DNA of 63,929 nucleotides, counting the filler, from Pirum gemmata (taxonomy: Eukaryota), in assembly GCA_002812295.1 (NCBI GenBank). It is 30 parts of 30 records of this genome, joined end to end, with 100 filler letters (N's around TTAATTAATTAA, not from the genome) between each part and the next. Parts side by side here need not be neighbours in the genome. Positions count along the whole stretch, not along the records: positions 38,248 to 40,161 come from PDIN01009866.1; positions 40,262 to 42,225 come from PDIN01009867.1; positions 42,326 to 44,267 come from PDIN01009868.1; positions 44,368 to 46,326 come from PDIN01009869.1; positions 46,427 to 48,351 come from PDIN01009870.1; positions 48,452 to 50,409 come from PDIN01009871.1; positions 50,510 to 53,843 come from PDIN01009872.1; 23 more parts are not named here. One strand, 5' to 3'. Positions 39,837 through 52,995 of this stretch are shown here, in pieces (position 1 is the first letter of the stretch; every line of letters begins with the position of its first letter). A program made the position numbers and the translations under genes. Under the pieces are notes generated by a model. It had not been told where the DNA came from. It did no database searches and saw nothing but the letters and a program-made list of their open reading frames with translations.

Positions 39837-40604
39837 CAAAACCCAATATTAGTTGATGTTAATGAGATGTTATAGTTTGTGGTGGCAATGATTAGTATTA
39901 GTATTAGTATTAGTATTAGTATTAGTATTAATTATTTTAGTATTAGGATTAGTATTAGGATTAGTATTAGTATTAGTAGTAGTATTAGTATTAGTATTAG
40001 TATTAGTATTATTAGTATTAATATTGATATTATCAGCAAAGTATTACATTACAATGAACATTAATAGTATTACTATTAGTATTGGTATTAGTATTAGTAT
40101 TACTATTAGTATTACTGTTAGTATTAGTATTAGTATTAGTATTAGTATTAGTATTAGTATTNNNNNNNNNNNNNNNNNNNNNNNNNNNNNNNNNNNNNNN
40201 NNNNNTTAATTAATTAANNNNNNNNNNNNNNNNNNNNNNNNNNNNNNNNNNNNNNNNNNNNTTTTTTTTTTTTTTTTCAAGTATGATATCACTAGCTAGC
40301 TACCCAGGCCTACCCTGGACCCTGGTACTATTTATTTATAAATATCATAACAAATTATTATAGTCTATATGGCTTTGTGGCCTATCTGTGAGACTGTGGC
40401 TGTGTCTACAGTCTGCAACACTACAACTACCAGTAACTACCACTAGCTGAGTAGGTCCACTACCACAAACGCAACTACTATCATAGCTAACCACCACAAC
40501 CACTACCACTGCCATTACCACTATCATTACCATTACTACCTCTACCACCACCACCACCACCACCACCACCACCACTACCACTACTGTTACTACTACTACC
40601 ACTA

Positions 40605-40655
<51 letters not shown>

Positions 40656-41025
40656 TTACTACTACTACTATACTATTACTACTACTACTANCTATTTCTA
40701 CTACTACTACTTCTACTTACTACTACTATTGCTACTACTACTACTATTCTACCAATACTACTATCGATACTAATAACTAATACTAATACTACTATCTTGA
40801 TTCTTGATAATACTAGTAACTAACTACTTTTTCTTAGTTTTCTTACTGTAGTATATTCTTATTAGTTCTTTTAACTTCTTATAGTCTAGCTAGGCTCTAA
40901 CTGGCTAGTTACCAGCTAGCTAGTAGGGACCAGTCTTTAAGAATCGCTCATTTGACTACGACTCTACGAGTATAGATACTATAGACTAGCTAGCCCTCTA
41001 TATAATTTATAAAATAAACACTATA

Positions 41026-41430
41026 AGTTCTTTGATCATGAAACAGTAGCAAATCATGCCATTTGTAAATTATGTAAAAACAACAACATTAAACAATTTG
41101 AGAGTAACAGCAGGAAATTCATCAAACCACAGAGCCATTTAGAAAATACACACCCTATCGCGTTTACTCAAGCTTTCAACCCGCATTCAATAGTGTAAGT
41201 ATCAAGAACAGTGCGTGGTGATTTTATATGGGGAGTTTGTAATTTCATTATAAATGAAAAGAAACCTTTCTCTATTGTAGAGAAAGAATCCTTTAGGGAA
41301 ATGTTCAACTATTGTAGACCTCCTTGCAATATTTCAAACAAGTAGAACAGCGCTTAGACCAACTGATGTCTATTACTGAAGAATTGATTAAAGTAGAATT
41401 TTCAAAAAACAAAAATATCATTAGCTTTAC
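41026..41430 (+). pseudogene. hAT transposase 5' fragment (BED zinc finger), frameshifted
   Basis: AICKLCK...HRAHL..TH...KKPFSIVEKESFREMF; paralogous to 41544-41909. Confidence 0.8.
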
Positions 41431-41543
41431 AAATGCTGGTGTTAGTGTTAGGGTTAGGGTTAGGGTTAGGGTTATATATGATTAGGGTTAATTGTAGGGT
41501 GGGATAAGGATAAGGTGGTTAGGGTTAGGGTTAGGCTTATTCT

Positions 41544-41909
41544 TCAAATATTGCAAGGAGGTATGCAATAGTTGAACTTTTCCCTAAAAGATTCTTTCTC
41601 TACAATAGAGAAAGGTTTCTTTTCATTTATAATGAAATTGCAAACTCCCCATATAAAGTCACCACACACTGTTCTTGATACTTGCACTTCCGGAGGAACT
41701 ATTGTATGTGGGTTGAAAGCTTGAGCAAACGCGATAGGGTGTGTATTTTGTAAATGGGCTCTGTGGTTTGATGAATTTCCTGCTGTTACTCTCAATTGTT
41801 TAATAACGTTGTTGTTTTTACATAATTTACAAATAGCATGATTTGCTACTGTTTCATAATCAAAGAACTCAGCTATTTTGTCTTTTACTTTACTCTTTTT
41901 CGGTGGCAT
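41544..41909 (-). pseudogene. hAT transposase 5' fragment (BED zinc finger), truncated
   Basis: MPPKKSK...FFD...AICKLC...TAGNSSNHRAHLQNTH...PFSIVEKESF gives a BED finger plus the Hermes-like DNA-binding motif. Confidence 0.85.
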
Positions 41910-44397
41910 TGTATTAATTTGGTACTATTTATTGGTCGTGAAGTTGTGATTCTTGTACCGAATCTACCGATACTATAGTAAGTTGTAGAATATAATTTTA
42001 CCTTGCTATCACGCTCAACAATATGAAGCAGATATGAAGTTCAATATTATTTATAGTGCTTTTCAGTTATTTTGTTGTCATAAAAAATATACAATAAATA
42101 GCACCAAATTAATACAATATAAATCCATTTCATTTAATTTGATACATTTTATTATCTACTTATTGATTTAAAAAAGTCAATTTAAATATCATAACCAACC
42201 AAATAAATATTTGGAGTGATAAAATNNNNNNNNNNNNNNNNNNNNNNNNNNNNNNNNNNNNNNNNNNNNTTAATTAATTAANNNNNNNNNNNNNNNNNNN
42301 NNNNNNNNNNNNNNNNNNNNNNNNNTTCCAATGGCTATCCAAGGTATTATATTATTATCATCAGAAGAAGAAAAAAATACCATAACGTTATACCAACTTC
42401 TGTTTTCCTAATTTTTATTCTTGCATAAAATAAACCAAGGACTGATGGAACGTTTAGTAGTTCTGATATTTTGATTTCAACTTTGCATTTTATCTTTTTC
42501 TTGCCCATTTTTGTTTACTTCTATTTTTTATTTTTTATTATTTATTTGTTAATTTTTAAAAAAATCCAACTTGTGATTATACCTATATTTATGATTGCAT
42601 TTATGGCTGTATTTATGTTTATGTTTATATTTATGTTTATGTTTATGTTTATGTTTATGTTTATGTTTATGTTTATATTTACGTGTGCATTTATGGCTGT
42701 GTTTGTGTTTGTGTTTATGTTTATGTTTATGGTTTATGTTTCTGTTTATGTTTATGGTTTATGTTTCTGTTTATGTTTATGTTTATAATTATGTTTATGG
42801 GTATGCGATGCTTACTTTTATGATTAAATTTTATGATTACATTCGTATTTATTATTACGATGAATGTTTATAGTTATATTTATATTTATATTTATGTTTA
42901 TGTTTGTGTTTATTTTTATGTTGTATGTTTATGTGTATGCCTATGACTATGTTTTATTGTGTTTATGTTTATGTTTATGTTTATCTTTGTACGAATGTGT
43001 TTATGTTTATATTAATCGATGATTGTGTTTATGTTTATGTTTCTGTTCATGTTTATGTTTATGTTTATGTTTATGTTTATGTTTATGTTACTGTTTATGT
43101 TACTGTTTATGTTTATGGCTATGGTTATGGTTATGGTTATGTTTATGTTTATGTTAATGACGAGGTTGATGTTGATGTTTATGTTGATGTTTATGTTGAT
43201 GTTTATGTTGATGTCAAATGTTGTTGATGATGTTGATGTTGATGCTGATGTTGATGTTGATTTTTATGGTTAAGGTTATGGTTAAGTTTAAGGTTATGGC
43301 TATGGTTATGGTTATGGTTATGGTTATGGTTATGTTTATGTTTATGTTTATGTTTATGCTTATTATGTTTATTTTTATTTTTATTTTTGTTTTTATGTTT
43401 ATGTTTATGTTTATGTTTAAAAACGGTAATGTTTATGCTAAAATGTCAATGTTATAATAATTTTTTAGTTTGCGTATTTGTGTTCGTGTTTGTATTTTTT
43501 TTGTTTATGTTTATTTTATGTTTGTATTTGTGTTTGTGTTTGTGTTTGTGTTTGTGTTTGTGTTTGTGTTTGTGTTTGTGTTTGTGTTTGTTTGTTGTTT
43601 ATGTTTGTGTTTGTTTTTATTTTTGTGTTTTTGTTTGTGTTTGTGTTTGTTTTTGTGTTTGTGTTTGTGTTTGTGTTTGTGTTTGTTGTTTATGTCTGTG
43701 TTTGTGTTTGTGTTTGTGTTTGTGTTTGTGTTTGTGTTTGTATTTGTTTTTGTATTTATGTTTGTGAGTGTTTGTGTTCGTGTTTGTGTTTGTATTTGTA
43801 TCCTTCTGTTTGTGGTAGACCGGGGAGAAAACTAACTAGAAAACTGCTTTTTATTAGCTATTTTATTCCTACTTTTTTGGTCAAGTGTTGTTTTTTGGGT
43901 AAGTTTTATATTAATTTGGCGCCGATTACTTAACCTTTTTAACGCCTTTTTATTTTTATTGTACTTTTGTTTTTTTAATCTGGCATTCTATATATCAGAA
44001 ATTGATTGGATAGTTTTTATCTTCCCCACATTTTTTACACAAAATTTAGTTTGAAAAAAAAAGTGTAAATAGAATTAGTGCTTTATAAATAAAGTGTAAA
44101 TAAAATTGCTTGAAACAGACATTCCGCTGCGAAAATAAATTTTGGGTTTTTTTTTTATATATCATAATATATAAAAACGTATATGTATATAAAAATATTG
44201 CGCAAACTATTTTTCGCAATTTCCTCATGTGTGGGAAATAGTAGTGGGGCTACCCCTTGACGTTAATNNNNNNNNNNNNNNNNNNNNNNNNNNNNNNNNN
44301 NNNNNNNNNNNTTAATTAATTAANNNNNNNNNNNNNNNNNNNNNNNNNNNNNNNNNNNNNNNNNNNNGTGTGTGTGTGTGTGTGTGTGTGTGTGTGG

Positions 44398-44435
<38 letters not shown>

Positions 44436-44590
44436 AATAATAACCAAAGTTTAATTAGAAAAACATAACTCGAGTATGTAAAATCCAACCATAAGATAAT
44501 GTTATGATGTCGTAATAACGAAACAAAATAAAGAAAGTAACACGACAATAAAAAGAAAAATATATACAGCTTAGAATATTATAAACTTAC

Positions 44591-45453
44591 AAATTGATTA
44601 TGTAATGCGAGCGACTAGAATGATCATGAACATTAGTTTTCGTGCTCTTTCTTCTGGTATTAGCTTTTGCTATTAATTTCAGTAACATATCAACACCAGT
44701 GACATCAACTGCTAACAAATTTTTCATCTACGTTCATGAAATGTTAAGAGTGAGTCAAAATTACACCCTTTCGTATTATTAAATATACTTAATAGTAATA
44801 AATTAATGAATATGTCAATGATTAATACAAAGAAAAGAAAAGAAAGAGAAAGACAGAAATAAAGGAGAAATATTAACTAAGTCTAAAAATATACAAGGAA
44901 AAAAGGTGAAACTACAATAAAGATTTTACTTGACAATAGTACTCTTCAACATTGCTAAATATAGTTTTGCTTTATAATAAGGGTTAGGATTAGGGGAAAA
45001 TGGTAAAGGAAATGCTAATATTACTCCCACTATAAATTATATAGTTCTCATGTCCATAAAGTTAATAACTAATTTCAAAAAAAGTATGTCAAAATACCTC
45101 TATACCACCATCTTCATTTGAACAAAGTGTTAATTTTTTGTCTTCTTTACTTAGTAAATCAGTAAAACTCTCATTGTATATTTCCAAAATAGATGCACTT
45201 ATACTTAGTTTCATATCGCTGTACATAATTTAGCAGTAGAATTAATTACCATCAATTAAGTTTATTAATAATTTCAGTTAGAAGTCGATAATGATATTAC
45301 AACAATTCACTGTAATGGGCAGCACAAGTATAGTAAAAATATGTAGTAGAGGTATAAGTTGTAGTAAAGGGTAGTAGTAGTGATGATGGTGGTGGTAGTG
45401 GTGGTGGTGGTGGTGGTGGTGGTGGTGTTGGAGTAGTACTAGTGGTGGTGGTG

Positions 45454-45496
<43 letters not shown>

Positions 45497-45716
45497 TAGT
45501 AGTAGTAGTAGCAGTAGTAGTAGTAGTAGTAGTAGTAGTAGGTTTTAAGCCGTGATTGCAGTCGTGGTGGTTACGATGATTAGAAATGGGATTGCTGGGA
45601 AGTATTAACTAGAAGTTGCAAATCGTAGAGGAATATAACAGTTGTAAACAACAGAAGTACAAATTAGTACTTATAGTCACAGGGTATTAGTAGTAAAGTA
45701 GTAGTGGTAAATTTAA

Positions 45717-45754
<38 letters not shown>

Positions 45755-46097
45755 ACAGTAGTAGTTGTGTTAATAGTGGTGGTGGCAATAGCAGTACAAT
45801 AGTTTTTTAGTTCAAAAGTTTGTATTGATAATTTGTCATATACTTACTGTTTTTGAAGCTCTGTTATTTCAAAAACTTCGCGTATTGCGCAAGGAACTAT
45901 TCCATCCTTCAAAAGAAAAAGGAATCATTAGAAATTCAAATAACTAAAAAAAAAAAAATGACAAGGTCACAGTAACACTTAAACGATAATGGTTTATATA
46001 ATAATATTAACTTTTTACCATTTCTCCCTCACTCCCAATCATAGTATGGGTCTTTCCAGAGCCAGTTTGTCCATAGGCAAGTATACACACATTATAT
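44591..46097 (-). CDS. Kinesin motor domain (kinesin-14 type), exons 46097-46019, 45906-45848, 45218-45098 and 44727-44591
   Basis: YNVCILAYGQTGSGKTHTM (P-loop), GIVPCAI, SILEIYNE..DLL, TNVHDHSSRSH (switch I). Confidence 0.92.
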
Positions 46098-46720
46098 CTT
46101 GTTAAGAAGAAAAAAAATGTTAAATAGTAAGTTATGAGATGGTAGACTAAATGATTAAGGTTAAGGTTAAGTTTATAAGAATTCCAATAAAAATATGTTA
46201 GAATAAAATGATGAAACTTTAAATAAAAGGTAGGGTTTGGATTAGTAGTATCTACTTTTTCCATTTATAAAAATGTGTAACGCTATAAAAAAACAAAAAA
46301 ACTTTAAATGTGGGTGGGTGGGTGGANNNNNNNNNNNNNNNNNNNNNNNNNNNNNNNNNNNNNNNNNNNNTTAATTAATTAANNNNNNNNNNNNNNNNNN
46401 NNNNNNNNNNNNNNNNNNNNNNNNNNAGGGTTAGGGTTAGGGTTAGGGTTAGGGTTAGTTAGGGTTAGGAATAAAAAGAATATTCTAGAACATTTTGTTT
46501 TAATATACAAAAGAATTTTATTACATATCAATGTATAATTCAAAAAGGTATAAAAGGGATAATGTTTTGTAAAAGTTCAAAAGAAAATTAACTAATTAAA
46601 AACTAATTAAATATAATAATAAATTATAATTATATTTCCAATTGTTAGGGTTAGGATTAGGGTTAGAGATAGGGTTAGGGATAGGGTTAGGGATAGGGAT
46701 AGGGTTAGGGATAGGGTTAG

Positions 46721-46858
46721 GGTCAACCGTACCCATCCTTTTTATAATTATTCAATACAATTTAGTAGGCGTAAGTTATAATATGTGCAGTTGTTGGTCT
46801 GAATTTACACTCTGAATTAAAATTGCACTTCCTAGATGTTCATAATTATAACAAACAA
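46721..46858 (-). pseudogene. Degenerate duplicate of the 3' end of the adjacent lipase gene
   Basis: Translates to CYNYEHLGSAILIQS and ...NYKKDG, versus CYNYEHLGNAILIQS and YYKKDG in 47393-48334; frameshift/stop present. Confidence 0.85.
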
Positions 46859-47054
46859 CTTTCATGTTTATGTCATTGTTCTTGTTCTTGTTCTTGTTCT
46901 CGTTATATTATTATGCTATGTTATATCTTGCTTATTGTGTATTATTTGGTTATTGTTTATTGTTAATGTGCAGCGTTGTATTATTTAATATTTTTTATAA
47001 AATGATACTTTTATTGAATTGCTTTTTATTTTTAATTTATAAAGGACTTTTTAA

Positions 47055-47345
47055 TTAAATTAGTCAACTCACTGCTTATTGTTTATACCATTGTTCTTGT
47101 TCTTGTTCTTGTTCTTGTTTATTGTTTATTAATTGTTTAATGTTATTAATATGGTGTTTTATTTCACAATTAAGTTAGTCAACTCACTGTTTATTGTTTA
47201 TACCATTGTGCTTGTTCTTGTTCTTGTTCTTGTTTATTGTTTATTGTTTAATGTTATGGTGTTTTAAGTTAGTCAACTCACTGTTTATTGTTTATATTAT
47301 TGTTCTTGTTCTTGTTCTTGTTCTTTTTATGGTATATATATTGTT
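47055..47345. repeat. Three tandem ~100-115-bp units
   Basis: TTAGTCAACTCACTG(C/T)TTATTGTTTATA...GTTCTTGTTCTTG repeated three times. Confidence 0.85.
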
Positions 47346-47392
47346 TATTGTCATGGTGTTTTATTATTTTTAATTAATAAAATATTTTTTAT

Positions 47393-48334
47393 TTATAAAG
47401 GTGTTTCATCGTTGGTTTCCGCAATTAAATTGGTCAACCCATCCTTTTTATAATAATTCAATAAAGGGGCATAAGTCATATGTGCAGTCGTAGTTTTAGT
47501 TGCATTACTCTGAATTAAAATAGCATTTCCTAAATGCTCATAATTATAACAAAACAAAACGCACCACGACCCAATTTTCATATTTTTTGGAGGTACAAGA
47601 GTTGTTTTATCTCTCCCTTTTCCTCCCGCCAGTAAAGTAACGTAACGATTATGGTATTCTAAATTTTCTGAAAGAAATTTAACAAACGTATGATCACCCG
47701 TTCTAGGAGAACCAAAAGTAACCAAACCTGAAACGGGGAACCCATTGTTGGCCATATAAGCAGCTGCAATGGTTACTACCGATGCTCCTTGAGAATGTCC
47801 AGCGAATACCAATTTTTCATATTTAAAATCTTTCAAAAAGCTTAACATGTTTTCTTTGATATTTTCCCATTCTCCACAAAATCCGCGGTGTACCCAACCC
47901 GGGACCCCTTGGCATTGTTTAGTTCCATATTTTATATTAGCCAGCCAATCTCTAAGGTTAGGATCGGTCCCAGGACTTTGAATAACAGTGATGCCCGATT
48001 TAATATGAGTTAAAACACCATAACTTTGTGAGTAAGTTAAGTTGGAAAAAAAATGATCAAATCTTAACTGACCACAATTAGTGGGAATAATCGTTTTTTC
48101 GGTGGTGGCATTGTATTTATTAGGTTTCTGTTCATTCAATTCATCCAAAATGGTTTGTTCAGCTCTTCTTACAATTTCAGTAACCGAACATTCAAATTGC
48201 CCGTCAAAAGAAGGGTCTAGATGGTAAGGGATGTCCAAGGTTTGAATCGAACGAGCTATTCTATGGAAAATACTAGCAGCATTAGTATTAATAAATAGTA
48301 ATGAAGCTAAAATAGTGCATGTAAATAAACGCAT
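47393..48334 (-). CDS. Secreted class-3 lipase (alpha/beta hydrolase), intronless
   Basis: Signal peptide; VHRGF, GHSQGA nucleophile elbow, TFGSPRTGD, D..TLVPP, Y.H.G, C-terminal His (AHMTY). Confidence 0.93.
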   Translation of the reverse strand: MRLFTCTILASLLFINTNAASIFHRIARSIQTLDIPYHLDPSFDGQFECSVTEIVRRAEQTILDELNEQKPNKYNATTEKTIIPTNCGQLRFDHFFSNLTYSQSYGVLTHIKSGITVIQSPGTDPNLRDWLANIKYGTKQCQGVPGWVHRGFCGEWENIKENMLSFLKDFKYEKLVFAGHSQGASVVTIAAAYMANNGFPVSGLVTFGSPRTGDHTFVKFLSENLEYHNRYVTLLAGGKGRDKTTLVPPKNMKIGSWCVLFCYNYEHLGNAILIQSNATKTTTAHMTYAPLLNYYKKDGLTNLIAETNDETPL

Positions 48335-49276
48335 GATTATCTATAGTATCCNNNNNNNNNNNNNNNNNNNNNNNNNNNNNNNNNNNNNNNNNNNNTTAAT
48401 TAATTAANNNNNNNNNNNNNNNNNNNNNNNNNNNNNNNNNNNNNNNNNNNNCACCACCACCATCGCCACCACCACCACCGCCACCACCACCACCACCACC
48501 ATTATTATTATTACTGCTACTATAACTAGCATTACTACTAATAATTAATCTATCTATCTATTGAGAAGTACCTGCTACGTATAAATATTAATGTACACAT
48601 GTATATGCAGTATTATCGATATATAACATTTATGATAAAAAAGTAATAATAAATTCTGTTACATACATACATACATACATATATATATATATAATATATA
48701 TATATATGTATGTATGTAAAACTTTAAATTTCATTAAATATTGTCTCCCTACATTTCACAACCTTCAGACCTGGTTCTGGTTTTTTTGAAGCCTTTTTTA
48801 TTTTATTTTATTTTATTTTACTATTCATATTTTTTTGTGTGTGCTGCCGTTACACACTCTAGCTAGCTAGTAGTAGTGGCGCTTGAAGGCTGCTTTTTCT
48901 TTCCCTTTTTCTTAATTTTTTTAATTTTTTTTATGATAACTTTTGCGGGATATCAAAGAAGTAGCATAGTCTGCTAGTGACACTACCGGAATGGAAAAGA
49001 AAGAATCAAGCTTTAAGTAGCTAGCTAGTGCTAATTTGTGTGATAGCTATAGCATGATATAGATAAGTATGATAAACAAAGGGTTTTATTATTAATTATA
49101 ATAATTATAGCTATAATTATCATAAATGATATTACTACATTTATACATAACAGGCACGTAGAAGTTCAATAGACAGATAGTGATATGCAGTGACGGTGTT
49201 ATTAGTAGTAATACTAATGATTACTAGTAATTATAGCAATAATAATAGTAGCTATATAATATAGTGGCGGTAGTAC

Positions 49277-49324
<48 letters not shown>

Positions 49325-50089
49325 TTAGCTATTATATTAGTAGGAATATTGTTATTACTAGCAGTAGCAATGATAATAGCATTAGCAGAAGTAGAATACC
49401 ATATTTTTCGTATTCTAGCATCACAGTGGTAGCTAACACTGTGACTGTATACAACTATCAATAGATACTGCTAGAATTCGAAAAACATCTGTAATCATGG
49501 TCAATGGATTGCTATCAAAAACCCCTACTTTTACTTTTGTATTGCAATATTTATATTAAGGTATGATAATTACTATGTAGTTAAGTAGTAGTACAACTAT
49601 TTACTTAGTGATTTTTATACTTTATTATAAATATTACTACACAAAACTAACTGCAGCATTTTAAATTACTGCTTTTCCTAACCCAAACTCTTTCCCGACT
49701 TTGGGGTTTTTAATCACAGACCTTTCTTGTTCAATTCATTCTTGCTTTTAAAAATCTTTTGGTTTTTATTCGATTTGAAATACTGCTTACTTCAGGTTCT
49801 TGCACTAGCTAGTTGTGTATCGAAAATTATTTTTCAAAAGAGAGATTGACAGCCTGAATTTACAAAACAACAAGACCGTTGTAGCCTTGCTGACCTCCTG
49901 TACCAAAGACTAGTGGCTATCAAAGACTTCCTACCACAGCTTTTGTTTACAAACAAATGGAATTATAGTCCCTGGTAGTCTAGTCTACAAACCAAACGAC
50001 CAAGTCTTGTTTTATAATTAAAAAAAAACTTACAGCAAAACAAATTTTTTCTTTTTTGCTTTTTCGACAACTTTTTCGTCTCACATGGT

Positions 50090-50129
<40 letters not shown>

Positions 50130-50659
50130 GGGTAGCCAGCAGTAGCTACTAGCTATTATCATAGCTACTGTTGTCTAGCTAGTAGTAGCTAACTAGCTAC
50201 TAGGAGAGTCCTACTAGTAGCTGTCTTACTGTGTATGTAGTCTAGCTAGCTAGCTAGCAGTACAATTCCATTATCAAGGCCATTTTCGCTGAAATTTCGC
50301 ATTTTGTGGGGAAACAAAATATTATAAAAATATTATCGGTTGTAATTATTATAAGTTATAAGTTGTAACCCAGAGTTTTTAATTAATTTGTGGCAATTCT
50401 TAGGAATTANNNNNNNNNNNNNNNNNNNNNNNNNNNNNNNNNNNNNNNNNNNNTTAATTAATTAANNNNNNNNNNNNNNNNNNNNNNNNNNNNNNNNNNN
50501 NNNNNNNNNCCCCAACTCCAACCCCAACCCCCAGCCCCAACTCCAACACAACCAACTCCAACTCCAACACAACCAACTCCAACCCCAACCCCCAACCCCC
50601 AGCCCTCACTGAACCCCTTTTCTTAACATTACTTTTATTTTATTTTATTGTAACAATAG

Positions 50660-51610
50660 GTGTAAAAAAAGGGAAACCAAACCCAGATATATTTATTGAA
50701 GCGTCAAGAAGATTAAATATAACAGATAATAGTAAAGTTTTAGTGTTAGAAGATGCCGTATCTGGGGTTAAAGCAGCGAAGGCTGCTGGAATGCAATGTA
50801 TAGCAATTCCTGATTCAAGGCTTCCACAACATCATTTTGAAGAAGCGGACGAGGTAATAATAATAATGATAATAAGAGCAATTAACACCCAACAACTTAC
50901 CCAAAAACCTACCCAACAATTTACCCAACAACTTAACCCAACAACTTAACCCAATATCCGACCTAACCAAAACCAAAGTTCAACCTCAACCCCAACCCTT
51001 TTAACATAACCCTAACCTTAACCCTAACCATAATCCTGAACCTTAACCCTGACCGTACTCCTAAACCTTAACCCTAAACCTTTCTCTAAGAATAATAAGA
51101 GTGATTAACCCATAACCCCCAACTTCTAACAAGCCACCAAAAACCAGCCCTTAACCAAAACCCAGCCCTTAACCAAAACCCAGCCCTTAACCAAAACCCA
51201 GCCCTTAACCAAAGCCCAGCCCTTAACCAAAACCCAGCCCTTAACCAAAACCCAGTCCTTAACCAGAACCAGACCATAACCAAACCCCAAACCTTCCCCA
51301 AACTCAACCCCCACCCTTTCTAACTTGACCTTAACGCTAACGCTAACGCTAACCCTACCTTACCCAAAACCCTAAACCTTAAATCCTAAACCTTAAACCC
51401 TAAACCTAAGCTAACGCTAAAACTGAAGGCTAACGCTAACCGTTCCTCCTCACCCTCACCCACACCCACACCCTCACCCTACCCCTATACCCACCCTTTC
51501 TAACTTAACCCTAAACCTAACCCAAACCCTACCCTACCCAAAACCCTAACCCTAACCCCTAAACCTAAGTCAACGCTAACCCTTAACTCTAACGCTAACC
51601 TTACCGTTAC

Positions 51611-51659
<49 letters not shown>

Positions 51660-51821
51660 CCTAACACTACCCCTACCCTTAACACTAGCACTAACCATTA
51701 CAGGTTCTTAAAAGTATGGATGAATTTGATTATGAAAAATATTTTCCGAAACTAGAAAAAAGCTTTGTTTCTAATGAACGCATCACACATGTATTATTTG
51801 ATATGGATGGTCTTTTACTTG
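50660..51821 (+). CDS. HAD-superfamily hydrolase (HDHD1/PUDP-like), exons 50660-50853 and 51704-51821; end of one HAD domain and start of a second
   Basis: GKPNPDIF...LEDAVSGVKAAKAAGM (motifs III/IV), then in frame ITHVLFDMDGLLL (motif I); intron has CACTAAC branch site and CAG acceptor. Confidence 0.85.
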
Positions 51822-52069
51822 GTTATTATTATTATTATTATTATTANNNNNNNNNNNNNNNNNNNNNNNNNNNNNNTAACCAACCCAAACCCTAACCCTA
51901 ACCCTAACCCCTAACCCTAACCCTAACCCCTAACCCTAACCCTAACCCTAACTCTAACTCTAACATACACACACACATACACACACACACACACAAATTT
52001 TATGGTAAATAACAGAACTTAATAAGACAACACGATTCTTTAATTATTATTAAATTCCACTTGTAGTCA

Positions 52070-52995
52070 CCATATCACACCTACCCCCAACCCCAACCCC
52101 AACCCTAACCCTAACTTTAACCAACCCCTACCCCAGCTCAAACCCTTACCCTAGTCCTTACACTAACCATGCCTTAACCATACCCTAACCCGTACCTCTA
52201 ACTTATATATATATATTACAAAGTTACCCGGGGCAATAAGTTAAAAGAATATTAGAATATTATAAAATCCCACATCAGACCCAACCTTAACCCTAACCAA
52301 CCCCAACCATAACTTCAACCAACCCCTACCCCAGCTCAAACCCTTACCCTAACCATACCCTAACCACACCCCAACCATATTTTAACCATACCCTAACCGT
52401 AACCCTGCCTTATATATGTTTACAAGTACTCAAAAGGTGATTATATGAATTCAAATGGTCATTTAATGCGCATTAAATTATAAAAATGATGACTTCATAT
52501 GGTGACGTAATCTGATGACATCATAATAATCTGATGACGTCATAATAGATATAGAGCGAACAGCTCGACTTAAGTGAAATTACTGATATTTAAGTAATAT
52601 TACTTATAATTAAGTGACGTCATAGAAACATAAGTGACGTAATCAAAAATAAGTGACGTCATATATCACTTAAGTGGACCCCCGGGAAACAAGTGTTTAT
52701 ATATATATATATATATATATTACAAGATTACGTGGGGGCAATAAGTTAACAAGAATCTTACAATATTATAAAATCCCACATCACACCCCACCCCAACCCT
52801 AACCCTAACCCTAACTTCAACCAACCCCTACCCCAGCTCAAACCCTTACCCTAGCCCATACTTTAACCATACCCTGACGATACCCTAACCATACCCTAAC
52901 CCATACCCCTAACTTGTATATATATATATATATATTACTAGGTTACCCGGGGCCAATAAGTTAACAAGATTCTTAGAATATTATAAAATCCCACG
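52070..52995. repeat. Subtelomere-like compound repeat, 3-4 units
   Basis: TTACCCGGGGCAATAAGTTAA...TATTATAAAATCCCAC...AACCCCTACCCCAGCTCAAACCCTTACCCT recurs, mixed with CCCTAA variants. Confidence 0.8.

Noticed and set aside
42471..43933. Many overlapping ORFs (MFMF/CLCL/VFVF), likewise at 433-1149, 29299-29578, 34745-35296, 39879-40611 and 53892-54477
   Set aside because: Translations of stop-free microsatellites, not genes
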